Shown piece by piece: positions 13,196-27,289 of a DNA stretch of 53,596 nucleotides; position 1 is the first letter of the stretch, and the number at the start of each line of letters is the position of its first letter. This DNA is from Girardia tigrina. Its lineage: Eukaryota. The DNA is taken from NCBI GenBank assembly GCA_001938485.1, contig MQRK01184077.1:5634-59229 (forward strand), given 5' to 3'. The notes below the pieces were generated by a model, which was not told the DNA's origin, made no database searches, and worked only from the letters and a program-made list of their open reading frames with translations. Position numbers and translations under genes: made by a program.

Positions 13196-14541
13196 TTAAA
13201 TTAGGTTATTATATTTCATTTACTCTGTGTACTCGATGTATTTTTAGTCTGATATATTTACCATTCATGTCTAATCTTTTTAATCGACTTTGGCCTAATA
13301 GATTTCATAAGGCTTTTAAATAATACTTAAAACATATTTTTAGTTTTTTCGCTTTTAAAAATTTTTAAAGATTTCTGTAAAAACGTGTTAATATAATGAA
13401 AAATTTTATGTAACTATAAATTATAAAAGATAACATAAAAATTATTGAATTTGTTAAAAAGAAAAATAAAAAAATCTCCATTTCATCAGTCTACATGTTT
13501 AGGCTTATCAGATGAACACTTATTTTTTGGCCTGATCCGGAGATGTATACTTTCCAGGTGTCAGATCAACGCAATTTATTTTAAAACTCTGGAACAAAAT
13601 GTCTTAAAGATCATATGATATGATTTAGCTGATATGACTGATTAAATCCATACTTAGATGTTGATTAGGGTAATGAGTGTACCGAAACCCTAAAAAATAT
13701 CAGAAGCTAAAATCACAGACTACGTCTTTAAGCGAAACCAGATTGACGGAACGAATTGGAAGAAATAAATGATGAATTATCATTACCAGTACTGACGGTA
13801 CTGAAAGTCGACCATTCACTTAAAACGATCATCATCTATAGACTGTGAGTAGATGAAGCGAGTTTATTTAATGAGAAATTTGAAGCTTTTATTACAAAGC
13901 TTCCAAAGAAGTAGAAATCAATTATGAACTTTCTTGTAAACTTATAAATCAAATCCATTTTTTATATTCATGCTTTATGTGGACTGAACTCTACTTGTCC
14001 AACAAAATTCGTGAAAACACTAATACATACATCTTTCGTCCATTGTAAAATATATGGAGAATCGAAAATTGAAATTTAGTTAACTTAATTAACTTTTTGA
14101 TCAAATTTTCCAATTATCATTTATTGTCATCGAAAATGAGTACGTGTGCAAAGTTTAGAAAGATTGATTAAAAAGCCTTCAAAAATAGGTTTCTAAATTC
14201 AAAGCATACATATATAGAAAGCAAGTCAATTTAAATTTTGGAAAAATAAATAAGTGATTAAAACTTAGCGGATTGTTTTTTATATTCATTCTATTTTTTG
14301 AATTATACACCTCTGTGTCAGAATATTGACAATTATCCGGTCATTCATAATTGGTTAAGTACCATGTAAGCGACTATCATAACGATGAAAAAAGTCATTC
14401 ATTTTTATTCTAGATAAACGAATAATACGACACAAACAATCATTTTAACATAAATTGTTTCGTATATATATATATATATATATATATATATNNNNNNNNN
14501 NNNNNNNNNNNNNNNNNNNNNNNNNNNNNNNNNNNNNNNNN

Positions 14542-14593
<52 letters not shown>

Positions 14594-14596
<3 letters not shown>

Positions 14597-16110
14597 GTGA
14601 ATTAATTTGAATACAATTAGCAAACTGTCAAATAAAAAATTTCCAAGCTAATCCAAATTTATTAATTTCGACGGTTTAACCGTCATCGTCAGAACAAATG
14701 ATTTTTCAAACGAAATTTAATTATATAGTGCAGTTAATGATTATGTAATCAATACGTCATCAGTACATCATTTAAGAACTCCCAACAAAGTTGTACAGAA
14801 TGCAGTTTGAACGATAATTTTAGGATCCAAAAATCTTATATATAACGCCTCAAATGTCACTCTCTCCCAATAATTTTTAAATTGAGTGCATAGAATTTTA
14901 AAGTTTTGTGAATCTCTTTTACAATGTCTTCTATGTTTTGCAATGTTACTTCCACCTTCATTACGACTGTGTTCCTGGATTCTCTTACATAGATGATGTG
15001 AAGTCTCTCTAATATATGTGACGTTACACCCATTACATGTATATTGGTAAATGAGATCCGAACACAATCCTAATGGCGTTGGAGATTTATTGCCGAACAT
15101 GCTTTCAATTTTTTTGGGTACGGAATATTACTTTTAAACTCATTACATTATCTAACGCTTTCAAAATAGAATTTTTAAATATTTTAAACCCCTCTGAATA
15201 TGGTACAGTTAACACATAACCAATTTCCAAATTTTTATCATCAGTGTTGCAAGATTGCTCTTGATCTTGAACATCTCAAATTTTAGTATTATTTTTGTCA
15301 ATTAATTTATCAATAGTTTCCTTTGTTAATTTCTCTACTATCGATTTTGAATATCCGTTATCATATAATAATTTGTTTAATTTATTAAGGCTGTCATTAT
15401 ATCATTTATATGTATATGAAAGAGCCCATCAGCGAAAAATAAGACCTTTAATCATATTTCGACGATATTTAGCTTCACAGAAACTGTTCAGTGTTGTATA
15501 CAACCCCGTGTCAGTTTTCTTTCTGTAAATCTCCGTCTCATAACATCCATTTTTCTCTAAATTAATAAATCAAGAAAGGAAAATTTCTTATCTTGCTCTA
15601 CCTCCATAGTAAACTTTACATTTGCATGCAAATAATTCATATAATTTAAAAATGAAGAAATATCTTTTTTATTTTGAAAAATCAAAAAAATATCATCAAC
15701 ATAGCGTTTATACGCTATAGGTTTCCGACCGACAAAAAAATCGATTTTGTCTTCAATACTCGAAAGAAATATTGAAGCCAAAGTAGGGGCTAAAGGTGAA
15801 CCATAGCTATTCCATTAACTTGTTTGTACCAGTCATTATTGAACAAAAAATGCACATCTGACGTGGCAAAACTTAACAATTCACGAAATGCAACTTCATC
15901 AAGTATACTATGATTAGTAGTATTACTTCTCCAAAGATTGCAGCATAAATCAATAGTCTCTTTCAATGAAACGTTTGTAACTAAACTGACAACATCAAAA
16001 GATGCCATAATTTCATCGTTATTTTTAATATCAAATTTTGAAATAAAATCTACAAATTTAAAACTATCAAGACACCCAAAACCATCGAAATTAATAAATT
16101 TTGATTGCCT
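14594..16110 (-). mobile_element. Penelope-like retroelement, 5'-truncated and frameshifted (RT plus C-terminal GIY-YIG; 3' hammerhead), next to (TA)n
   Basis: RT motifs SFDVVSLVTNV, YKQVNGIAM-GSPLAP, YKRYVDDIF, KFTMEVE...FLDL; GIY-YIG LIYQYTCNGCNVTYI.ET...RIQEH, EALYI. Confidence 0.93.
14657..14695 (-). ncRNA. Minimal type I hammerhead ribozyme in the Penelope 3' end
   Basis: Minus: gtt CTGACGA t gacgg ttaaa ccgtc GAAA ttaa TA aat; 5-bp stem II, palindromic minimal stem III. Confidence 0.75.
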
Positions 16111-16985
16111 TGGAAATTTTATTATATATATAAATGTGTGTGTAAATTAAAACGTAAAATGATTGTTGTACAAAGAATCTGTTAAGAATTAATTAAATTA
16201 TTAAGAATTAAGAAAAATTATCAAAATTATCTTTTTTGTAAATATCATTTTCTTTTAAAAAGTATTAATTATATATATTAAATGACATATTATTCTCTAA
16301 TTTAATACAACGTTTTTATAATCAGATTTAACAAATATCTTTGATTATTTCTTACCACAATTACTAACCTACCCAAATACATCAGATCCTCTAAATATTG
16401 AAGCTGCTAAATTACATGACTCCAAACCTTGTGATTATCAAAAACGAGTAAAAGGTAACTATTTTAATAATATTTCAATGTACAAGATTATAGAATTTAG
16501 TTATACTATGACGTTACACTTAATAATAAAAAATTTTAAACAACGACTTAACGATTATTTCGTCAAATTATCCAAAGTTAACGATTATATTTATTAATTT
16601 TTTGTCAATTAAATTTTCTTATTCAATCTATTTAGGCTCTTTTTAGGTTGATCGAGCTCAAGAGATATTTTTGGGATAAGAATCAGTTGTTGAGGTTTGT
16701 GGATTTTTTTGTTGTTGAGATTGAGGAACGGCCGATGACAGAGAGACAGGATAAGATTCGATGAATTGAGATGGGAAATTTCTGTTATTGAATTGTTTAT
16801 ATCACAAGAAATTTATATCACTAGAAATGTATTAAAATCCACTGTTGACAATTTTATAATTAAATGGTAAACATCCTTTGGAGATAAATGGAAAAATTGA
16901 TAAACTGACACAAAGAAATCCGAATGAAATATTTTCAAATAGCATAAATTAATCAATTTTTATCGATTAATAATTTATGTATATA

Positions 16986-18262
16986 CAGGGTGTCCCAAAA
17001 ATATGTATACACATTAAAAATTTAATTTTATTGAATTTTATTTATGTTTAACTTTCATTATATTTAATATAAATAGTTTTTTTAACATAAATAGGTNNNN
17101 NNNNNNNNNNNNNNNNNNNNNNNNNNNNNNNNNNNNNNNNNNNNNNNNNNNNNNNNNNNNNNNNNNNNNNNNNNNNNNNNNNNNNNNNNNNNNNNNNNNN
17201 NNNNNNNNNNNNNNNNNNNNNNNNNNNNNNNNNNNNNNNNNNNNNNNNNNNNNNNNNNNNNNNNNNNNNNNNNNNNNNNNNNNNNNNNNNNNNNNNNNNN
17301 NNNNNNNNNNNNNNNNNNNNNNNNNNNNNNNNNNNNNNNNNNNNNNNNNNNNNNNNNNNNNNNNNNNNNNNNNNNNNNNNNNNNNNNNNNNNNNNNNNNN
17401 NNNNNNNNNNNNNNNNNNNNNNNNNNNNNNNNNNNNNNNNNNNNNNNNNNNNNNNNNNNNNNNNNNNNNNNNNNNNNNNNNNNNNNNNNNNNNNNNNNNN
17501 NNNNNNNNNNNNNNNNNNNNNNNNNNNNNNNNNNNNNNNNNNNNNNNNNNNNNNNNNNNNNNNNNNNNNNNNNNNNNNNNNNNNNNNNNNNNNNNNNNNN
17601 NNNNNNNNNNNNNNNNNNNNNNNNNNNNNNNNNNNNNNNNNNNNNNNNNNNNNNNNNNNNNNNNNNNNNNNNNNNNNNNNNNNNNNNNNNNNNNNNNNNN
17701 NNNNNNNNNNNNNNNNNNNNNNNNNNNNNNNNNNNNNNNNNNNNNNNNNNNNNNNNNNNNNNNNNNNNNNNNNNNNNNNNNNNNNNNNNNNNNNNNNNNN
17801 NNNNNNNNNNNNNNNNNNNNNNNNNNNNNNNNNNNNNNNNNNNNNNNNNNNNNNNNNNNNNNNNNNNNNNNNNNNNNNNNNNNNNNNNNNNNNNNNNNNN
17901 NNNNNNNNNNNNNNNNNNNNNNNNNNNNNNNNNNNNNNNNNNNNNNNNNNNNNNNNNNNNNNNNNNNNNNNNNNNNNNNNNNNNNNNNNNNCTTAAAAGA
18001 CAAAGTCTACGCTAAGAAACCTGCAACAATCGCTGAATTGAGAGAAGCAATTGAACATGAATGCAGCAAAATACTAAGGGAAATGTTTGTTGATGTGTGC
18101 GATTCCATTGGTTCGCGTTGTCAGAAGTGTCTGGATCAAGATGGACGTCAGTTTGAGAACAAACTGTGACCAATATAAATAAATATTACTCGTACTTATT
18201 TTTACTTTTTTAATCAATAAAATTAAATTTTTAATGTGTATACATATTTTTGGGACACCCTG
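16986..18262 (+). mobile_element. Tc1-like (rosa/DD41D-like) transposon, mostly in an N gap
   Basis: ~50-bp TIRs CAGGGTGTCCCAAAAATATGTATACAC..., TA flanks; transposase C-terminus at 17993-18169 LKDKVYAKKPATIAELREAIEHEC...RCQKCLDQDGRQFENKL*. Confidence 0.9.
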
Positions 18263-19699
18263 TATATATATAATTATATTATATATATAGTTAATTATAT
18301 ATATAAATAAATATGTTAATGACCGTAGGTCACTACAGTGATAATGATATTTATCCGTTTAACACCATATCAAAGACGCAACTCATAGATTATGTCGTAA
18401 TACGATCAATGAATAGGCACTACCGTCAACAGCTACTGACTTAGGTTCTCATTGTCAATGATGTGAAATTGCCTTCGATACAAACTTGATATTAGCCTTA
18501 AAAAGGCTTGAACCGTTTGTTCACTAACACGATTTACAAAGGCTTATACTCTGCTGGATTTCCTGCATCAGAATGTCTTTTATCTGCTAAACATGCCTCC
18601 CATTCTTTCATTTATTTACTAATATTGCCTTTAACAACAAACAACAGACTGTTCTTGTCAAACTTTTAAGACGTATATGATCATTGGATGTGTTCACAGC
18701 TATTATGTTTTTGAGAGTGACTGTAACAAATATTACATATTTAATGTAGGTTTCGGTATAACATTTTTTAGGTAATAGAAGACACTCTTCTATGTCCGAA
18801 TGTAAATATAGTTGAATTTTAATAGATCATAATGCTGAATATTTAAATGGAGTTAAATACATTCGCTGATGGTTACTGTCGTAATCTACTACATTACTAT
18901 CATATAGGCATATAATAAAATCACATATCATCTATAAATGTTTACTCCTTTTGTTACTAATTTTGTCACGTGATTTAAAACAAAATTAAAAAATTCTCAT
19001 TCACTTATTGAAACATTAAGAGTCGATCATTTTGAGGTTATAACAAAGTTATTAATGAGAAAAAGCAGATGAAGTAAGAAGTATTTATTACATTAAATGA
19101 TATAATTTATATAATAATAATATAAGGTTATAATTTATATTATTATTTTGAAAACATGTATATTAACATGTGTATTAATAAAAATGTATATAAACATAAT
19201 GATTTATTATGTATAAAAATTATAATAAAATTCCAAATATAAATGAATATTAAAGCCAATCATCATTTGAAAATATATTTTATTATCATAACCAAGTACA
19301 AGTTAAAAAGTCAATAAATTTCTTTATTCCAAACAAAATTCAATTAGCAGTTAGACTATCTTCCAATCTCAAGATATACAATTATTTAAGAAGCCGAATT
19401 TCAATATTATTTACATTATTATCTATGAATATTATCATTTCTGGAGAGAAGAACATTTTAACCTCCCATACTTCGTTTCTTCGAGTTCATTTTTAGACTT
19501 ATACGTTTTATCTCGATCAAGACAAACAAAAATATTTTTATTAATATCGTTCATTGGACATTTCACCTAACTCGTTAAATAAAGCAGAGTAAACAAACAA
19601 AGTAAATGGATAACACAGTGAAAAAGAATAACTTATTTTAAATAATATTCATAGAAATAATACTAATAAGATGAAAGTGTTGTTTTAGTACAAGGAAGT

Positions 19700-20270
19700 T
19701 TAATACATATTACCTTCGCAGGCTTATCTGCCTCGAGTATACCAATGTTGACAGCTGTGACGGCATGAAATCCAGACTTACAGCTTGGACTTAACTGGCA
19801 AATAATGTACACAAACGTTATGTGTGTTCAAGATTATAAACAAAGAGTCCCTCAAGAAGAAGAGCCAGAAACCATCTATACCGAAATGGCTCATAAGACA
19901 TCTCAAAACAGCGCACAAAATTGAAGAAGAACAATTAGTATAAATATTTTCGAGCAGAACCAATCTGTCCAGGCAATCAGAAGAAAGGAATCAACCACTG
20001 AACGCGATACCAGAAGACAACGCAACTCCAGTACCCATCGTCAATTCGAATGCTGGTGCGACAGAAGAGTCAGAAGCGAGTCCCTTAGAAACCCATCTGG
20101 ACTACCGCCTTACAGATCTAACTGCGAGAGGAACATTCAGATGCCCGTTTCGTGGATGTGTGAAGTTCACGTACACAGCGAAAGGGATGCAGAATAATGA
20201 GACCGCTACCAATGACTGTTCATTTCTTACTGGATTTCCTGGTGGCGGCCTTTCGGGGGGCTTATAGAAT
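19700..20270 (+). mobile_element. Degenerate C2H2 zinc-finger N-terminal fragment, probably from an RLE-type non-LTR retrotransposon (R2/NeSL/Hero-like)
   Basis: GC-richer island; peptides KWLIRHLKTAHKI and GTFRCPFRGCVKFTYTAKGMQ; stops present; no RT visible. Confidence 0.45.
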
Positions 20271-21155
20271 TATTTAATTTAGGTAGACCATCTAAAGAGC
20301 CTATTGGTTCAATGTCATTCTTGAAAGGGATAGGAGGTCCATGTGTGTTCAACACACATACTCACACACTCATTTCATGCCTTATTGCCTAAAAAGGCAG
20401 GAAGCATCACTCATGCAACATGTTCACTACGAGCCATTAACATTACTCGATCTGCGAATTATTTCTTTGAATCAAATAAATTCTAAAATAAAATATGCAT
20501 TTTTTGCACTAGTATATGTACAATTGATTACTATTTAAAAATTCTTGGTTATCTTTGGGATTGATAGTGTAGAATATCTAAATATTTTTTAAAAGTAACT
20601 AATGATATTCAATATTTAGATTACGTTCAGAAATTCGCAACAGGAAAAAATTTGAAAAATTTAATGCAAAACTATGTTGACTTTGATGATACGAGTTCGT
20701 CAGAACTTAGTGAGGTTGAAGAGAACAAATAGCTCAAGTTAATGATATTTGACAGAATTTGTTATTCATTTGAGTTCTATATTATTATTATCATTATTAT
20801 TAATTATTATTATTACTACTACTACTAATACTATTACTGATATTAATTTTTATCTTTTATTGTTGATCATACCCCAAATTAAATAATTTTACACCTGTGA
20901 TGAAATCTTGTTGTTAAAAATCCAATAAAACATCGAATAATTTCTCCCTCACGAATTTTAAATGATATATTAAAATTCATTTTGAATTATTTGTTTTTGT
21001 TAATGAAACAATAATATGATTGAATGAAGAGAGAATAAAAATGTTGTAACGTAAAATAAAATAATAAATATTTGGATCATTTCTATGATGTCCGTGATTT
21101 CAGGGTCCAGATTTGTGATTTTTGTATTCTGTTTATTTAATAGCAGTGAAATGAA

Positions 21156-21801
21156 ATTATTAAGTATCTTAATTTAAGATACAAACTTGACATTGCAAAA
21201 TATTACTTTATTAGTTCGTTAAAAATGAAATGATACTGTTTTTCTGTTAATGTTACTTTCTATGATATCCTTGTTGAAAAAGTTTCACATCAAATCTTAA
21301 TTAAAAAAGTGTGATTATGATTTTAAGATTTTTCAATTAATGATTGATAGCTTAATATGTACTGATATTTAGTATTTATTAAGTGAATGAAAAATGATTT
21401 AATTTCAAGAAAGGGGAACAAATTATATATATGCGAAAAAAACTACAAAAGTTTACATATATTGATCCGGCAATATAAGATGGAAGGTAATGGAAATTGA
21501 TTTGTGGAACTGGACATAAGCCAATGCAAATATTTGGGGTTTGAATACTGTTAAAATAACGACTTTTATGTTATCTTAATCTGGGAAGAAGACTGTTCGT
21601 TGTAGCCTATCAGTTTCCCTAAATTTAAACTCCAGTTTCCTCAATTAAAACTTCTAAAAAGTCTTGAGTTAATTATTATTTGGTGGAATTTTCAAAGGAA
21701 GCTTTCACAGTTACAAAATTTTAGGTATTTATTATTAAGAATCTTAATTTAAAATACAAACTTGATTTTGCAAAATATTACTTTATCAGTTCGTTAAAAA
21801 T
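21156..21801 (+). repeat. ~70-bp direct repeat pair (21156-21226 and 21731-21801)
   Basis: attattaagwatcttaatttaaratacaaacttga..ttgcaaaatattactttatyagttcgttaaaaat occurs twice. Confidence 0.8.
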
Positions 21802-22078
21802 AATTAATAATTTATACTCGGATATTATTTTTTCCGCATTACTCAAGGAAGTTATAAAGGAAATTTATTCTTGAATTTAGTTAAATATTTTTATATTGTG
21901 TTAAACTTTTATACTATCTTCAAATATAATTTATAAAATTTTAAATTTATTAATTTACATAGAAGAAATCAAATTGAGAATTTCTGAAAATGAAACTGTG
22001 TAAAATATGAATAATAACTGTCTAATAAAATAAGAAATAAAATTATAAGTAACGAAAATGTATGTATATATGAAGTGG

Positions 22079-22372
22079 TTATCGGATGCGTCGTGGCATA
22101 GTAGTTATTAAATTGCGGCATTCCTCTCGAGAAATTATAGTGGTCCACACATCCTGAATAATTTCTTTCAGATGTTGCAAACCTGTCGGCAGACGAAGAG
22201 CGACCTTCCACTTCATGATTTGCCACAGATTTTCTATGGGATTCAAATTAAGACTTTGCCCAGGCCACACCATTACTTCAACGTTAGCACCCTGTAGCCA
22301 CTGCTTGACCAAACGCACAGTAAGACAAGGAGCTTCATCATGTTGGAATATCGTTGCTCCTAGACAATGCAT
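22079..22372 (-). pseudogene. Tc1 (DD34E) transposase C-terminal fragment
   Basis: IFQHDEAPC...WPGQSLNLNPIENLWQIMK...LITTMPRR. Confidence 0.85.
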
Positions 22373-22377
22373 TGATG

Positions 22378-23165
22378 TGTTACGATGCTGAGTGTGATAA
22401 TGTTGTGTGATAATAACTTAAAAAAGTAAAACAAGACGCAACTAAAGAAAATTTTATTGAAATGATACCACAAAAATCATATAGGTAGCACAAGAAGAGT
22501 TTGTCGAATGTCTGGATCGCACAGGATGATCCAGAGAGCAATGAGAATCTCCTCTGAGCCTTGTTGTAAGCTAAAGAACCCAAATTTAACTGTCGAATTA
22601 AAAAATACGATAATTCTTTACCTGTAGCCCCGAAAAGCCGAGTAAGGCATAGTGATAAGCTATGATGTTCCCTGAGTCGTACTCCGTCATGAACGGTAAA
22701 AAGTCGAAACTCATAAATGAACCTACAAATAAAGAATCAAGTTATAATTAATTATAAGAATTAATTACTAAAAGTCCAAAAGAGAAAAACACATCACAAA
22801 TCAACCATGATTCAATCATCTATTGATCTCCAAACATCCGTGACGGTCTGTTATAAACATCATGATGCTTATCTGAAAATGAATAAGCGAAACATACCAG
22901 GGAAGACGTATAACGACGGATGATATAAGCAACTGGTTACGTAGAGTTACCAGTGGCGAAGCAAGTGACGACGATGACTGAATACAATAGCCTCACCTCC
23001 GAGACAAGCAGCTCGTCAGATAGCGTCCATGAACTGCGTATAGAAACCGAGAGCGACAGCTGTTTAATAATTGTTTCGCCTAAAATAGATAAACATAACA
23101 AAACGAAATCGACATTACGCATAACTTACCAGATGCTAAATCTACATGACAAGCCAATTAAATAA
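22378..23165 (+). mobile_element. Possible 5' LTR plus gag start of a truncated LTR element
   Basis: TGTTAC at 22378 where the Tc1 fragment breaks; AATAAA; ...gttacCA-gTGGCG PBS-like junction at ~22952; Ser/Thr-rich ORF follows; no partner LTR. Confidence 0.25.
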
Positions 23166-23439
23166 GTAGACAGAGAGTAATCATTCTATCGCCGTCACTC
23201 CGTTAACAATTAACCAATTTCGATGATTGTGATTCACTCCGCGGTGATCACAGAATACACAGTCACAAATGCAGAGATAATGAGAGATAAACAGACTGCC
23301 AATTAGCAGCTGTTTACATCTAAAGCAAACTTGTAGGGGTATATACATGCCGAGAACTCCGGGTAATGCACAGAAAGAGAACTATATAAATAGTGAATTA
23401 ATTAATTAACCTCTGAGATGCTCGAGAAAGAGCTCTGAT

Positions 23440-24170
23440 TTCCAACTTTTAACGTTTGGAAATGGCCAGAGCGAAGAGATGTGGTATTGCCATATAAAAA
23501 ACCCACTTTCATGTTGTTCAACATTGCCATCATAGTGGAACAAACGTTTTCTTTCAAGAGATGACTGTATGTCGAAGTTATGTTCATTTATTACAGAAAT
23601 TGAAGGAACTCATACCTCAACGATATGTTATATCAATTATAAAGATTTTGAACAGGCTATGGTTTGTGTCATTATTGAAGAATTTCCAAATGTATTGGAT
23701 CTAGGCTGTTTCTTCTTTTTATGTCAAAGCATATGTAGGATGATCCAAGCAAGTGGATAAAAGAACAATATGAGGAAGATGCAAATTTGTCATAAAAACG
23801 GCGTAATTTACCCACTCTTGCATTTGTTCCATCCCTTAAAGTGATACGTGTATTTGAGATATTGAATGATAGAAATCTATTGCTCCCTGAGTTACAAATG
23901 GTTGTGGACTACTTTGAAGATGTGTGGAACGGAAGAAGGAATATAAGACAATGACGTTGGTCTCCGACATTTGAGATCAGTATGTGAAATTTTCACCAGA
24001 GTGTCTTACAAGGATTATCCAAAGCAAAGAACTATGTTGAGGCTTGACACTGTGGTTTTCCTTATTAAGTCCCTTGGAATCATCCGAATATTTGGAAGTT
24101 TATCACATCAATAAAACATAAGCAGTCTTTAAATGCGTTACGAATCGGACATTTAATTGGTTGTCATCAA
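23440..24170 (+). pseudogene. MULE/Mutator transposase remnant
   Basis: KDFEQAM..IIEEFPNV...GCFFFLCQSICRMIQASG, LAFVP, VVDYFEDVW, HPNIWKFI; many stops. Confidence 0.85.
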
Positions 24171-24435
24171 AATTTTTGATGCTAACTGTAATTCTAAAAA
24201 AGCAAGTTTTTGATTTTTTTATTCTCCTTTTACATTTAATTAATTTATTTACGATTTTTAATTTCTTATTTATCTAGAACTCATAATAAGAATATTTTAT
24301 TTTTATTAACTTAATGTTTCCTTTCTCTTTATATAATATATAAATATAGTTTTTGAGGCAAAAATATTTTCAATTTATCAAAAATATAAATGTTTTGCTT
24401 TATATATAATTTTATTTAATTAAACAAATAATATA

Positions 24436-26524
24436 CCGAGATTTCCGAAAATAAGCGCACTTACGCTTATTTTAAATTTTTTGTTTCCAAAAATAGGCAC
24501 ATGCTCCTATTTTTGGGGAAAAAAACTGATTTTTTGCTTCCATATGAATTTATCAAAAAATGGTCAAAAAATAATTGTAGTGGTTTCAACCTAAAGCCCG
24601 AAATTTATTGGAAAAATGAAAACCACAACAATTATTTTTTAATCAATTCAACTGTAACGGATTTTTAGCTGCTTTTAGCATTTTTTACACTTGCTACATG
24701 TTAATTTAATATATTATTTATTTAATAGAATTTAATTTCCGTTTAGATTAGATTTTTGTTCACACACATTGAAACATTTTGAAACAAGTTTAGTTATGCA
24801 AATACTAATTACATTATCGACATTTGTTTTATCGATATATTATTTATTAATAAATTTGAATTAATCGACTTCTTCTTTAATGGATGCTAATATCTTCACT
24901 AGTTTAGTATTAATTTTAGTAATTAATTGTAATTTATTGTTTTTAGATAAAATTGAACAAGACAGGGTAGAGGACCAGGAGAAGAAAAGAAAAGCATATA
25001 CTATTCATGAGAAGCTGGTATTTGTGTCCATGCTAAAAGGTGGCGAAAGTAAGAAATCCATCTTTGAAAAGACGGGAGTTTCAAGAAAATATCTGCTTTT
25101 CTGGGAAAAACAGGAAGAAGAGCTCTTAAAAATTGCTCAGAAACGTAATTTCAGACAGTTAAAGGGTTCAGGAAAAAATATTTTATCCTGAAATTGACAA
25201 AAAACTTTATGACTTTTTCTAGACAGAAAGAGAAAACCACAAGTCTGTTACCTACACAACCTTGAGGAAATACATTAAATCCCGAGAATTTGTAGTTGCT
25301 TTACCATCAGAGTTTAAAGTAAGTAACAAGTACTTATTTGCATGGACAAAAGGCCACAACATTACATGAAGAAAAATAATTTATCATGGACAATTTGATA
25401 AACGCAACAAAAAAGAAATCCAGGAGCAGGTTAAATAGTGTCTATTGGAAATTTGTGTTGCTATAGCTGACAAGCTGTTTAAAATGGATGAAACTCCTTG
25501 TTATATTGATATGGTACGCGACTGCACATTAGACTTTGTGGGCAATAAAAATATTGAAGGAGCAGATACTGGCCATCGAAAAAATCGGTACACAGTTTGC
25601 TCGACAATCTCTTGTGATGGGTGAATGCTACCTCCTATGATAATTTTCCGAGGTTTGAAGAAAGCACACACATGTAAAGGTTCCAAATGGAAAAGTAGTT
25701 ATTGGAGCTAGTAAGAGTGGCACCCTGGACACCCCTTTACTTAAATTTTGGATGGATACAGTTTTCTGCAAACGAGGGCCCTACTTTAAAATGAACCATC
25801 AGTTGTTTTTGGGATTCCTATGGAACTCACAAAAGGGAAAAGATTGTGGAAAATCTTGCAACGAATTATACCTCAAAAGTTTAGATAATTCCTGTAAAGA
25901 CGACATATTTCACATAACCACTGGATGTTGTTATCAATTCCATGTTTAAAAAAGCAATGAGAGATGAATGGGACAAGTGGGTAAGAGAAGGAACACCAGA
26001 CTTTGCACCTGAAGGTTACCGAAAGGCCCCAGCTATCACAAAATAGTTGATATGGTTATTATAGCTTGCAATTCAGTTCCAGTCCAGTCAATTAAAACTT
26101 CATTTGAATGCTGTGGAATAAAAGAGAATGGTAAAGAAGTGGAAATAACAAAAGTCAACCAAAAATTTCAAAAAATCCTTGAAAATGAACATGGTCTGGT
26201 GCTTGCAGCAGAAGAAGAGTCATTCAACATTGAAGTGGGAGATGATGCAATTGCTGATGAAGATGAAGAGCTTATTGAAGAAGAAAACAATATAACTGTA
26301 TCAGAAGAGTCAAATAACAATGACTGTGTAAGAATTCATGATAGCTGTGATGAGTAAATTTATAAACTTAAATTTTTATTAATAAAGACATTCTTTTTCT
26401 TTATTTTTTATATAAAATGCAATTTCGAGGTAAAAATGGTAGTTTCTAAAAATAAGCACATGCGCCTCTTTTTGGGACAAAGTGGAACACCTAAAAACGT
26501 GCACTTATTTACGGAAAATCTCGG
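24436..26524 (+). mobile_element. pogo/Tigger transposon, full length, transposase pseudogene (~24880-26357)
   Basis: TA-flanked TIRs CCGAGATTTCCGAAAATAAGCGCAC / GTGCACTTATTTACGGAAAATCTCGG; HTH RKAYTIHEK; DDE motifs MDETP, DSYGTH, PLDV; acidic tail. Confidence 0.92.
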
Positions 26525-26799
26525 TACATTTTAAATTATATACACGACATATTATTGTTTTTGTTTAAGTGATTGAGTTTCGTTCGTGAATTGTGCGAAT
26601 TTAAAGTGAAAGCGGCAACTTCGCAATTGAAAATAAATTTATAATTAAATTAATTTTTTTCTTTTATTTGGTGAAAATTTGATAATTCTTTATGACAACG
26701 AATTCTCAATCAATTCGTGGAAGACCACTAATAGCAGAAACAGCGTACTTACAGCCGAGCTGTAATGTGTTGAATAAGAGATAAAATCGTTGATATAAT

Positions 26800-27150
26800 G
26801 AAATCGAATGTTAATAAAGCATTGGAAAGAGAACGTAAACTGGTTCTCCGCAAGGCCATAATTCATGATTGTTAATTCAAAGTTATTGTCACTTAGATTT
26901 TGCCTCCAATGTCAAGCTCATGAATACCATGGTGAAACTTGATTATTGTCAAGCCACCCAACACTGTATCCCTATTAAATGGGTTCAGAAAGTAGAATTC
27001 AATGACTTCTTCTTTGAAGGAATCATCTGTGCATTATGGTGTTCAACTCTTCAAACTTAGCACATTTAATTGTTTTAAGCATTTTAACATGTTTAGTATT
27101 TTCGACACATTATGTTCGATTTTATCATCATGACATTTTATGTCAGTAAC
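26800..27150 (+). mobile_element. Probable MULE 3' remnant with a TIR-like end
   Basis: SSHPTLY-like peptide; repeated tcgac/tgacatttt motifs ending tgtcagtaac. Confidence 0.3.
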
Positions 27151-27289
27151 TATCGTCTTTACAACTACATATCCAGGAACTACACTAAGGTTAGTTTAAC
27201 CTTTTTTATCCGCTTTATAGTCTTTTTTTAATAAGCCACCATACAACTCTTATAATTTATTCAGACAATCACTTTGCTTCATGAAAAAT

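Noticed and set aside
22665-22725. ctga...gaaac hammerhead-like stretch (also 13488-13515 minus)
   Set aside because: Core is not CUGANGA and stems do not form
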